A stretch of DNA of 63,372 nt, counting the filler, from Olpidium bornovanus S191 (lineage: Eukaryota; Fungi; Olpidiomycota), in the NCBI GenBank assembly GCA_017911155.1. It is 29 parts of 29 records of this genome, joined end to end, with 100 filler letters (N's around TTAATTAATTAA, not from the genome) between each part and the next. Parts side by side here need not be neighbours in the genome. Positions count along the whole stretch, not along the records: positions 16,718 to 18,331 come from JAEFCI010008309.1; positions 18,432 to 21,688 come from JAEFCI010006135.1; positions 21,789 to 23,256 come from JAEFCI010007904.1; positions 23,357 to 24,999 come from JAEFCI010008473.1; positions 25,100 to 26,288 come from JAEFCI010009656.1; positions 26,389 to 29,697 come from JAEFCI010007757.1; 23 more parts are not named here. One strand, written 5' to 3'. Each line of letters starts with the position of its first letter. The stretch's first letter is position 1. The notes under the pieces were generated by a model. That model was not told the DNA's origin and ran no database searches. It saw only the letters and a list, made by a program, of their open reading frames with translations. This document shows, in pieces, positions 17,345 through 27,880 of the stretch. The translations under genes and the position numbers were made by a program.

Positions 17345-17780
17345 AAAAAAACTCAAAGATAGCACCAATAGCATTCACTTACCCCAAACCTGATCACTTG
17401 CCGCCAAAATAAAATCAAAATAAAAAATTTTGAGACTTAGCATGCTTATAGTACTCGACGAGGGCTTTCAAACAAGCTAAAGCGCTGCTCGACCCAATCA
17501 CTGGACACTGAGAACGCAGCACCCGAAAAGAACGCAAAGATAGTACTAATAGTATTCCCTTATCGCAAAACTGATCACTTGCCACCAAAAAAGAGATCAA
17601 TGTGGAAAATTTCAAAACTTGGCACGCTTATAATATTCGACGAGGGCTTTCAAACAAGTTAAAGTGCTGCCTAATCCGATCACTGGGCTTGCAAACGAGC
17701 TAAAGCGCTGCCCAATTCGATCACTGGGCGTTGAGAATGCATCACTTGAAAAAATCGCAAAGATAGTACTAATAGTATTC
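17345..17780. repeat. Diverged AT-rich tandem repeat, ~181-bp unit, ~2.3 copies
   Basis: CAAAGATAG recurs at 17354, 17535 and 17758. CTGATCACTTGCC and CGACGAGGGCTTTCAAACAAG recur in register. The second copy carries an internal ~42-bp duplication. Confidence 0.85.
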
Positions 17781-17804
17781 TGGTAAGGTCCATACTGCGG
17801 AGCC

Positions 17805-18225
17805 GGCGTGGAGCGAGAGCGGGGTGGCTGGAGGTGGCGCGATGGGCGGACACCGAATGACGCTTGGCGGGAGCGAGGCGGCCGGAGGCGGCGCGACGGG
17901 CGGACACCAGATGGCGCCAGGCGGGAGCGGGGTGGCCGGAGGTGGCGTGACGGGCGGGCACCGGATGGCGCTTGGCGGGAGCGCGGAGGTCAGAGGTGGG
18001 GCGGCGGTTGGCCGAAGGCGGCGCAACGGGTGGGCACCGGATGGCGCTTGGCGGGAGCGAGGCTGCCGGAGGCGGCGCGACAGGCGGACACCGGATGGCG
18101 CCAGGCAGGAGCGGGGTGGCCGGAGGTGGCGAGACGGGCAGGCACCGGATGGCGCTTGCCGGGAGCGAGATGGTCAGAGGTGGCGCGGCTGGTGGCCGAA
18201 GGCGGCGCGATGGGTGGGCACCGGG
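17805..18225. repeat. GC-rich minisatellite with higher-order structure (54+54+76 = 184 bp)
   Basis: The anchor CACC(G/A)(G/A)ATG starts at 17851, 17905, 17959, 18035, 18089 and 18143, with a final CACCGG at 18219. Confidence 0.9.
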
Positions 18226-18432
18226 GCGCAGCGGACGACGGAAAGGGAAAGCGTGTGTTTGTTGTGTTTCGGGTGAGGGCGAAGCGCGAATTCACCTGTG
18301 GGCGCATTCCCCGGGGGGAAGTGGTTTCTATNNNNNNNNNNNNNNNNNNNNNNNNNNNNNNNNNNNNNNNNNNNNTTAATTAATTAANNNNNNNNNNNNN
18401 NNNNNNNNNNNNNNNNNNNNNNNNNNNNNNNC

Positions 18433-19436
18433 ATGCAGGCAATCACTGTCTGGGAAGATGGTCAGTTTTACAAGCCCTTCGATGGTTCTCATACGAAGCA
18501 GCGTGATTCATTCTCGACTCTCGTTTTCGGCCTCCCGACTCAGCGGAAAGGACTGAATTCATACACCGCGGCAAACGGCACTTGGATTTTCTCCAAACGG
18601 AAATCCAGGACCGGTTCGTGAACCAGACGTTCTTTAATTTCAGCGCCGCCGCATTCAAATCGGGAGGATCCCGACCCGCGACCGCCGCTTCGCTTAGAAG
18701 CCTCCCTGGCGCCCCGGCTCCCGAACGTAACCGTCAGCCGGGCCATACTAAAAAATCTGGTTCAACAAATGAAGGGCAGCAGTCAAATGGTACGCCAGCG
18801 TCACGTTCACCGCCTCCGGGGTCGACGGCAAATGTGGATGCCAGTGCTACCGCGGCATCGATCCGGCCTACCCCTCGTCGAAGCAAGCCTTCAGACGGCA
18901 AGTGTTTAGGAGTCGTCAGGCGGTCGTCATCCTACGGGAGTCTATCGTCTGTTTCAAAGACGGGATCGAGAGGAAGCTACGCGTTGGACAAGGGAGTCCC
19001 AAACTGGACGCCCGCATCCGGAAACCGCCATCCGTCCCATACTTTGAGCAAGGGGCCCCGGGACCCCGCTCATCCATTGCGATCAACTTCCGCTGGCGTT
19101 GCCACCACGCCACGAAATGGCTGCGCCGGGAACGACGCGACGTCGAAGGGGATTAATTCCTCGCCGTCGGCGGCTTGCGTGGATTCCCTGGCGGTGAGAT
19201 CGCAAAAGTTTGGGGGCAGATGCCCAGACGGGGAAGGCGTTTCAAGACGCGATGGTCGCATTCCGCCGGCAGGTTGCGACCCGGAGCATTTCAAGCAAGG
19301 TCTTGGCGGATTCGCCAGGGTCCGAGAACAGGGACCAGTGACCGCTAAACCCCTTCCTGCTCGGTTGACGGAAGGCACCCACCAACAACGGCCACCTATA
19401 CCATCTTTCGGCGACGTGGAACGGCTTTTGGGCTAG
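18433..19436 (+). CDS. Hypothetical protein, 3' part, with a Ser/Pro-rich tail
   Basis: Open frame 18582-19436, preceded by a plausibly structured segment (EFIHRGKRHLDFLQTEIQDRFVNQTFFNFS). No family recognised. Confidence 0.35.
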
Positions 19437-20306
19437 ATGCGTTGGCCCACGTGATTAAGGGTTCTGCACTTCTTCTGCAATGCTCCATCGCAACCTGGAA
19501 GTCCAATTTTTCCACCCGTTCTTTCATTCTCGTTTGATTCATGACTCCTTACTTCTTGGCCCGACCAGTAGTCCAAGCGCATTTTGAGCCGCAGATCACA
19601 TTCGCCTTAACCTATCCCACGTCCTTGGCTGCTTCTTTGTTGAGCTAAGCCTATCCAAAACAGCAATGCATGAATCGCAATTATTCTATTCCTCGTGATG
19701 ACACCGGCTGTGCTTCTTGGACTTTCTCCCGTGAGATTGTCTGGATATGCTGCTGCTCTACCCGGCTGCCGTTTACTGGGACGTCCTCTCATCCTTGCGG
19801 GTAAAAAGTCATCGTAACCCAGCCCTTAAACGACACACGCCTTACTGGACTTCAACTCTTTTGGCTGCGCACGCCGTCTTGTCATCTAATCCAGTCGCGG
19901 AGGGTGCAGTAGGACCGTCACAGAGTCTGCGTTCCTGCTCGAGGTGGGGAAAAGGGGCTCCAGCCGTATTACCGGCAGCAATTACGCTGCCGGCTGGCAC
20001 CTCCACTTCTCCGAAGCGGACACGGCAGTGTCGCCCTGTCGGCAAGAGGATCCGCAGCCAGTCGGCGAGCTGCAGGCGTCTGGCCTTGGCGGTGGCTGGC
20101 GGAGGGCCGGCCAGCTTAGAAATCCAGGATCATAGTCAACTTGGCGGCAGTGTGAGAATATTCTTGTCGAGCAAATATCAGTCCGAACGACCGAGGGCGC
20201 ACACGGCGACGGCAACGGGGAGGACCGACGCCCGCCGCCGCGCTCCCGCCGCGCCGGCGCGTCCCCCCGTTCGTCCGCGTGGGGAAGACGCGGTCGCTCA
20301 TCTGCG

Positions 20307-21688
20307 TTGTTCATGTCCACGACGCCGCCGTCCGTCTCTCCCCGCTCTCGACACTCGCCTGGCAGCCCCCGCACCGCGGCCTCTCAGGGCAACCCCGCTA
20401 CGGAGCCCGCTGTGACAGCGGCGCCGTTGTCTTCGGGAGAGAGCCTGCTTGCAGCGCAGCAGCTGCGCTCGTCGCCATTTTCGTCGCCTACTCCCGGTCG
20501 GGCCAGCCGACCCAACCTTGCGCAGATGACGCCCGTACTGCGCAAGGATGGCGATGCGCGGTCGCAGCAAGAGCGGACGCCCAGCAACGCGATACTGGAG
20601 AAGGGCGGTGGCAGCCGCGACGACAAGGAGGAAGAAGACGACGCTGGGAGAAGGGACAGCGTGTCGCAACCGCTGGTCTTGCAGCCTCTGAGCAAACTCA
20701 GCGGAGGCGACCTGTCGTCGTTCGCGCTGCTCGTAGTATTATGTGGGTGGATTGAGTTTACAGCCGCCACTGCCCTTTGGTGCCGTCCGTCGAAGGCGGA
20801 CGCCGTCGGTTTCCTGCCATCGGTTTTCCGCCGCCTGCGTAACCCGTATCTCACCGGCTGGCGGAACCCGCCTCCATCCTCCGTCGTTGGCCTCGCGCAA
20901 CGTCAAGAGAAGACATGCTGCAGGGCGTTCCTGTCGGTAAGTATATCTCTTCCGCGTTCGCCTGCTTGAATTCCTATCTTTCTCACCAGCACTCAATCCT
21001 GTGTCGTCCGCTCCGCCGTCAGGGTTGACTTTCGGCACAATACCATTTCTTCTCAAATCCTCTCTGAGCTACGCGGAGATCGCTGTCTTTTCCCTCGCAA
21101 GCTACCCGTACAGCCTCAAGCTGTTGTGGTCCCCCATCGTGGACTCGGTTTACGCGAAAAGGTTTGGCCGGCGGAAGTCATGGATCATTCCGATCCAGCT
21201 GACCTCGGGTCTGCTGTTTTGGTGGATAGGCGAGAGGGCAGAAAGCTTCGTTAGCGGGGTACGTCGTGGCAGGCGCCTCACGCCAACGGGCGTCCGGAGG
21301 TTCAAACCATTGCTGTTGCCCCACGACGCGTCTGAGTCTGTTGCCTGACTGCTTTGGACGTCTCAACTGCTTCAGTCTGTAAATATCTACTACGTCACGT
21401 TCGTATTCACTTTAGCAATTTTCCTTAGTGCGACACAAGGTAACTGCTTTCCTCCCCTTTCCGCACGCTGCCGCAACTGTTCAACGTCTTGTTGGTATTT
21501 ACTATTTTTCCCTTCGTTGTTGGTGCTCCGTTGCTTCGAGATATCGCGGTCGACGGCTGGGCGTTAACCATGCTGTCGAAGGAGAATTTGACATACGCGT
21601 CAACGTCTCAAACGGTGGGCATCAACACGGGATATTTCTTGTCATTTACGGTGTTTCTCGCACTGAACTCTCCTGAATTCTGGTGAGA
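20307..21688 (+). CDS. Acetyl-CoA transporter (SLC33A1/AT-1, Acatn family, MFS), 3'-truncated
   Basis: DLSSFALLVVL | MLQGVPV | GLTFGTIPFLLKSSLSYAEIAVFSLASYPYSLKLLWSPIVDSVYAKRFGRRKSWIIPIQ; IFLSATQ | DIAVDGWALTMLSKENLTYASTSQTVGINTGYFLSFTVFLALNSPEF. Confidence 0.93.
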
Positions 21689-22656
21689 NNNNNNNNNNNN
21701 NNNNNNNNNNNNNNNNNNNNNNNNNNNNNNNNTTAATTAATTAANNNNNNNNNNNNNNNNNNNNNNNNNNNNNNNNNNNNNNNNNNNNCATGCGCCAGGC
21801 GGGGCGCCCTCCGGCGGCGGCGGCGGCGGCGGCGGCGGACGCCGGAAAAGTCGAAGTCACCGACCGGACCTACGTGCTCGTCTGGCTGGGGCTCGTCGGG
21901 CCGAGCGTCGGGCTGCGGATCCCGAAGGAGGCTTACCGCGCGGCCAACGCCGGAGCCGGGGCAAAAGGAGGCGGGGAAGGCGCCGCCAGGGCGAAGGACC
22001 CGTCGTCACCCAACCCGCTTGACGACTTTTTCCGGGACGATTGAGTTTTTATTTTTTCTTCAGTTTACGGCGGGCCAAAAAAAAAAAGAAAAATTAAGGA
22101 ATTTCACTTCGTTTCACGTACATCTCTCGCAAATCGAGGTTAAAAACTCCGCATGTTTTTTTTTTCCTTTTTTTGTTTGTTCTCATTCTTGTTTTTTCCT
22201 CTTTTTTTCGGTTTTCTTGGTTCTTGGCACAAGGCCACGCCCTTATTGGCGGGCGCAAAACTTTTTTTTTTTTTTTGGTCCGGCGGGCAAAGTCTCTCTC
22301 TGGGGAGAAAAGAAAAAAGAAAGCAAAAAGAGCGGCGAATCTCGGAGGCTTGGGCCGCAGGTTTTGCGGACGGTAGGACCGTGCGCGCGGGAGGGGGAGA
22401 AGGCGAGCGTGCGAGGCAAGGGCGGGGCAGATTTGCGGAGACAGGTCCGCCGAGGTCAGCGGGTCCGCAGGCTCTTTCGGTCCGCATGTGGAGCCGCCGT
22501 AAAACGGCGAAAGCGGGGTTAGAGGGGGCGGAGGCGTGAATGCATCGGCCGCGGACCTGATACGCATACGAAATGATCAGCTGCCAGTGTGTCACTTGTG
22601 AAATGACCGTTCGCGGATATTTTAGCTCGCTTGCACCGGCAAAAAAAGGAAGCGGC

Positions 22657-23200
22657 TCACATTCGACCGTACGGCTTGAGACCAGAAAGTAAGTCGCCGA
22701 CAACGGCCTTGGTCAACAGCTTCTGCGCCTGCAGCGCCAGATCATCGAGGGACTCGATGACATCGTCGAAAATTCTGCCTTCCCCTATCGGATCGTCGTC
22801 CACTTCCCCGGCATTGACATCCGCCAGTTGCATCTCGGACGAACTCTGCGACGACGCGATTGAATCGACTTGCGCGGTTCTAAATCGCTTCGCCGCGTCG
22901 GCCATATCCTGATACAACTCCAAGAAGAGCTGACCGGGAACCCGCGTGCACCACACAAGGCTTTCAACACGAGCTCACGATACACTACGGACGGATATCG
23001 GCTGCGCCTGTATGGCAATGTACCACATCTTCAGACCACTCCTTCAAGACGGACGCCACGTGCAGTGCGCTGCATAGCACAGCGCACAACCGTACACTCG
23101 CCGCCTCCGTAAGTGCGACACCAGACCGGCCGTGGACGTCAACAATCTTCTGCATGGCGTCGCAGTAGCGCTCCAGAACAGCCACCTGGAGGGAAACAAA
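22657..23200 (-). CDS. RINT-1/Tip20 family (Dsl1/NRZ tethering complex) internal fragment
   Basis: RLCAVLCSALHVASVLKEWSEDV | LFLELY...IFDDVIESLDDL...AVVGDLLSGLKPY matches the RINT1_TIP1 pattern NS..Y...VL.EWS..V.FLEL...IFD..I..L. Confidence 0.65.
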
Positions 23201-25099
23201 CAGCCGTATCCGGTGCGCCTTTCGCGAAACCTGCGGATATTTTTCTGCATTTATGCNNNNNNNNNNNNNNNNNNNNNNNNNNNNNNNNNNNNNNNNNNNN
23301 TTAATTAATTAANNNNNNNNNNNNNNNNNNNNNNNNNNNNNNNNNNNNNNNNNNNNCCAAACGCGCTTCCCACCCACCCAGCCCACCCCATTCCCCTATG
23401 CGCTATGCCACCTGGACAGAACACGCCGCCGACGGCCAGCGGCTCTCCCCCGCCCCGCCGACCCCGCCGTCCGCAGCCGCCTCGTCCGCCGGCAGCCCGC
23501 GCGAAGGAAATGGACGAGAAGGAGGAGGGCCCAGCGACGACGACGGCGGAGAGCAAGAGGTGCGTATGCAGCCGAGGGCCTCCCCCAGGCAACCCTCCCG
23601 GAGGAGGAGGGGCCGTCCCGGGAGGACAGGGGGGGGGGGGGGGGGGGGGGGGGGGGGAAAGGGGGGTTTAGCCCGCGACAAATCAACCCGGAAGCCCGCG
23701 TCCACGTTCTCCATCTCCACGCCGGCGCATCCCAGTGGCTCCGGGCGGCGCGTTCAGCCCGACTCGCTCCGCTTGCGTGTGTTAGGTCACGTTTTGCCTT
23801 CCCCGTCCCCCCTCTTCCCACCCCCCCGTTAGCGTTGACCTAACCAGGCACGCGTAACCACCGCAGGGTTGCAGACGCACCGGGAATGTAGACCCGCCGC
23901 CCGAAGGGGCGTGTCCCGCCGCACCTATGTCGAACGCCACCTGGCCGTGCGTAATGAACCGCAAGGACGACGCGGTGGCGGCATCGGACCATTCTAGCCA
24001 TCGAACAGCAAATGGTGCGACGCTGCAACCTACTCCGCCGGAGCTTGACCCCGAGGCGTTGGCAAACCTCGACGCTGTTTGCCAGGCGGTGAAAAAGCAG
24101 GCATGTGTCCGAAAGAAATTCGCTTGCGTTTTGTCACGTTGAGACAAGCGTGGCGTGGTAGTCAACAGAGATGGATAGCAGCAGTTGGCTCCTGGTTTGC
24201 GCGTATTTGACTCTTGCATTCGCCTCATCCCCGATGCTTTACCAGGTCCTGATGTGGGGCCCGAAGGCAAAGTGGAAAATAGACTTACTTCTTTTGCCCG
24301 ACGCCTTGCAAGACGCGGGCATCGCTGACCCAACGCCCAGCGCATTCCCCGGAATGCTCTCGGCCCCGGCGCCGCCGCTTTTGGCCGGTCCCGGCAAAAG
24401 TTCCGGCGCCGACGGGGCCCACGATGCGCCTTACGCGCACGCTTTATTTGGCGGGAACGAAATCCGCCACCAGGTGCACAGATTCGACAGACTGGTTACA
24501 TCGGAGCCCCATAAAATGGTGAGCCGGTAACCACTGTAAAAATGGAACACGCCTGGTTTTGCCTGGTGACGCGCAGTTAACCGAAATTCGATGTCACGTT
24601 GTCAAACTGGTTGAAAGCTGCAGTTGGCAGACGCTATGGAGAGAATAAAAAGTCTGGAGATTGCGCTAGCGGCGCAACAGGCCGAGATGTCCGAAAGGGT
24701 AAGTTTTGTCTTTGTTTCAATGCGCTCTATGAAAAAGCCTTCCGCCGCTGGTGGGCGCCGGAAACTTATATCTTATGCTTTTTGAACACGCCGGTATGCC
24801 GATCTTTAGCTCGCTGAAGCCGGCGTGCGGGCGGAAAAGGCTGTTGCGCACGCGCTCGCGTTCACGAAGCATTTGCAGCGCCAGGAGTCTGAGCTGGCTG
24901 CGCGTCACGAGGTGGAGCGGCGCCTGTGCCAGTCAGAAGTTCAGATGTTAAGGAAGAAGCTTCAAGACTTGACCGGGGCCCGCAGGTTTGCTGCCATGGN
25001 NNNNNNNNNNNNNNNNNNNNNNNNNNNNNNNNNNNNNNNNNNNTTAATTAATTAANNNNNNNNNNNNNNNNNNNNNNNNNNNNNNNNNNNNNNNNNNNN

Positions 25100-25835
25100 G
25101 ATCCGGGCTCGTTGAAAGCGATGTGCCCGTCAGGGCCGATTCCTGATGCAGAAAGATTCGGGAAATGCGACCCCCACGTCGCCGTAGCTGGAAATTTGGG
25201 GCAAATATGCGGCATTCATGCTCTTTGAAAACAAGCCGGTCATGCCCTACCTCCGAGGAACAGCTCAATACCGCCGTAATAAGCTATCTTCTCCTCGTAC
25301 TTCCTACATTCTTCTTCCAGGTCGGCAGCGTTCCCGTTCAGGAGATTGATGTTCTCGGGTCTGATGTCCACTTTGTCAAACAAACGTGCGTGCTTGAAGT
25401 GCCAGTAGCTCTGGGGGTGGTTGCTAGCTGCAAGGGGACAAGGCGGAAGCACGCGTTCAACATGGACCAGATGGATCATCGAAAGGACTGTACAAGGCGA
25501 AAGGGAGAATTACCGGTCCACGCCGACGTATTCGTCCATATTGAAGGTGACGACATTCTTAAAGCTGAGATTGCCGCACTCGACGTACTTCACGAGACGT
25601 TCGTAGACCCTTACGGGCGATGAGCCTGTGGGAAGTCTTAGAACGAACGGGCGTTCCTCAGTTACGCTAAATGCGTCGATCCTGTCCTTGATATAACCAG
25701 CTGTTTTCCGCGCGAACCAAAGGTTTCAGAAAAGAGCCGTGCGGGGTGCGCCCGCGAGCGTTCGTACAACGTCGGCTCACCCAAGTAGTCGGCCACCTCG
25801 CGCTCGTTTTTCCGGATAACCAGGCGCACATTTGT
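25100..25835 (-). CDS. Glucosamine-6-phosphate deaminase (NagB/GNPDA), 5' exons
   Basis: [16 protein letters not shown] | [38 protein letters not shown] | NHPQSYWHF...[39 protein letters not shown] | [14 protein letters not shown]. Confidence 0.95.
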
Positions 25836-26224
25836 CTCGTCTGGAGGAGTTGCCGTGGCGCCGGAGGGCGGACGAAAGCGGAGGTTGTGCCCAGAAACGC
25901 AGAAACGCGTTCGAGTTCGGCGTGGCAGAAGCGCGCGTTAGCGCGGCCTCTCGGGCGACACAGGCGCACGCTGCGCAGTCGTGCGCGCGCGCGGGTGGAG
26001 GGAGTGGCGGGCGGGGGGGAGGCGGGGGCGGGAGCAGCGCGCGGGGTTTTTGCCGCTCGACGGCGGGCCTCCCCAGGTATGGGGAACGGCGTGAGCGCGG
26101 TTTTGTCTGCGAGAGGGGGTTTTTTTTTTCTCTTCTCGCTGGAAAACGAAAGCGCTGCTGGTTTTCTCCTGGCGAGTCGGAAGACGGGGAGGGGGTGAGA
26201 GCAGGGGGCAAAGGGGGGCGAGGG

Positions 26225-26270
<46 letters not shown>

Positions 26271-26429
26271 CGGGGGGGGGGCGCCCCCNNNNNNNNNNNN
26301 NNNNNNNNNNNNNNNNNNNNNNNNNNNNNNNNTTAATTAATTAANNNNNNNNNNNNNNNNNNNNNNNNNNNNNNNNNNNNNNNNNNNNCCCCGCCCCCCG
26401 CCCCACCCCCCCCCCCCCCCGCGCCCCCG

Positions 26430-26469
<40 letters not shown>

Positions 26470-26815
26470 GGGGGGGGGGACGCAGCCCGTGCGCCCGTCG
26501 CAGCGGAGAGCGCCGGCGAAGGTCGGAGAAGCACGGGGCGACGTCAACAAAGTGCCGCCGGCTCCTTCCTTCCCGGCGACCTCCCTCCCCTTCCCCCCAT
26601 CCCCCCTTCCCCCCCTCCTCCCCCCCCCCGGCCCGCCCTCACCACCACCCGTATCAGCTGCAACGCCCCCTTCCCACTGAGTCAACTGCAACCCCGCACG
26701 CCCGCCGCAGCAGAGCGCGCCGACGGAGGAGGGGGGTTGGGGAGAAGGGGGAAGCAAGGGGGGGGGACGTTCAGAGCGCTTATCGGCTGGTTCCGCCTTG
26801 TGTTTGACCGGCACC

Positions 26816-26991
26816 TGACGTCATCCGCACTCTTTCGCCCGGGCATTTGCCACCCCGGTTAATTTTGCCCGCCAATCCGCGCTTTCATCTCCCGACGCGT
26901 TCCACCCCCCAATCAGACGCGTCTCCCGCTCTCAACCGCCGCCCAGCCGCCCCCGCCTGCCCCGCCGCCTCGCCCCCCTTAGGGTATAAAA
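26816..26991 (+). promoter_or_regulatory. Pol II-type promoter motif cluster: CRE palindrome, CCAAT boxes, GC boxes, TATA box
   Basis: TGACGTCA at 26816-26823, CCAATC near 26872 and 26909, several CCGCCC, and TATAAAA at 26985-26991, ~40 nt upstream of the repeat array. Confidence 0.5.
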
Positions 26992-27029
26992 GGCGCTCGC
27001 TCCCCGCCAAAAAATCTCCTTTTTCTCAA

Positions 27030-27880
27030 CACGAACTACATAGGCAGCCGAAACTCCTTCAACTGAGGAGCGTAGGTTTGCGCCAACCTTTTCCTCCTTA
27101 TTTTAGCTACTTACTATAGCTCCTTACTATAGCTCCCTTACTTTAGCTCCTTCTCCCCTGTAGAAGAACTACGTCACCTCTGATCCCGGAAACCGGGTAC
27201 GTAGGCAGCCGAAACTCCGAAAGGAGCGTAGGTGCGAGGCCCCCGCCCCCTCCTCTCCCTCCTTACTTTAACTCCTTCCTTTCCCTCCGTAGAAGAACTA
27301 CGTCACCTCTGATCCCGGAAACCGGGTACGTAGGCAGCCGAAACTCCGAAAGGAGCGTAGGTGCGAGGTCCCCGCCCCCTCCTCTCCCTCCTTACTTTAT
27401 CTCTTTCCTTTTCCCTCCGTAGAAGAACTACGTCCCCTCTGATCCCGGAAAACCGGGTACGTAGGCAGCCGAAACTCCAATAGGAGCGTAGGTTCGAGGC
27501 CCACCCCCTCCTCTCCCTCCTTCCTTTTCCTTCGTTTCCATTTTTCTTCGCTTGGAACGACGTTCCCTCTGATCCCGGGGCAACCGGGTACGTTGGCAGC
27601 CGAAACTCCTCCGGTTGAGGAGCGTAGGTCCGAGGGAATTCCCGCTTTCTATTTTTTTTCCTTCCCCTCCTTCCCCCGTTTGGAACTACGTTTCCTCTGA
27701 TCCCGGGCAACCGGATACGTAGGCAGCCTAAACTTCTCCAGTAGGAGCGTAGGTCCGAAGGAAGCCCTGCCTTTCCCTCCTTCTTTTCCCTCTTCTTCTC
27801 ATTTGGAACCACGTTCCCACTGATCCCGGCGGCAACCGGGTTACATTTGCAGCCAAAGCTTTTCGGAGCGGAGGTCCGGC
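27030..27880 (+). repeat. Tandem array of ~7 units (127-161 bp): conserved ~70-nt structured core plus a variable pyrimidine-rich spacer
   Basis: The core element T(A/T)GGCAGCC starts at 27041, 27202, 27331, 27462, 27593 and 27720, with a diverged copy near 27847. Consensus GAACTACGT-NNCCTCTGAT-CCCGG[loop]CCGGG-T-ACGTAGGCAGCCGAAA-CTCC[loop]GGAG-CGTAGGTNCGAGG. Confidence 0.95.

Noticed and set aside
27160-27760. Canonical hammerhead ribozyme, tRNA or group II intron domain V in the repeat unit
   Set aside because: CTGATCC is not CUGANGA and no stem II partner precedes GAAA. A T-arm-like GGTTCGAGGCC occurs in only one copy. The AGCC/GGTT domain V-like pairing holds in only two copies. A twister-like GCAGCC...GGU-N3-AG order is present, but the P2'/GA element was not found by eye.
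27030-27880. CRISPR array
   Set aside because: The repeats are ~70 nt, the spacers are mutually similar pyrimidine tracts rather than unique sequences, there are no cas genes, and the context is eukaryotic.
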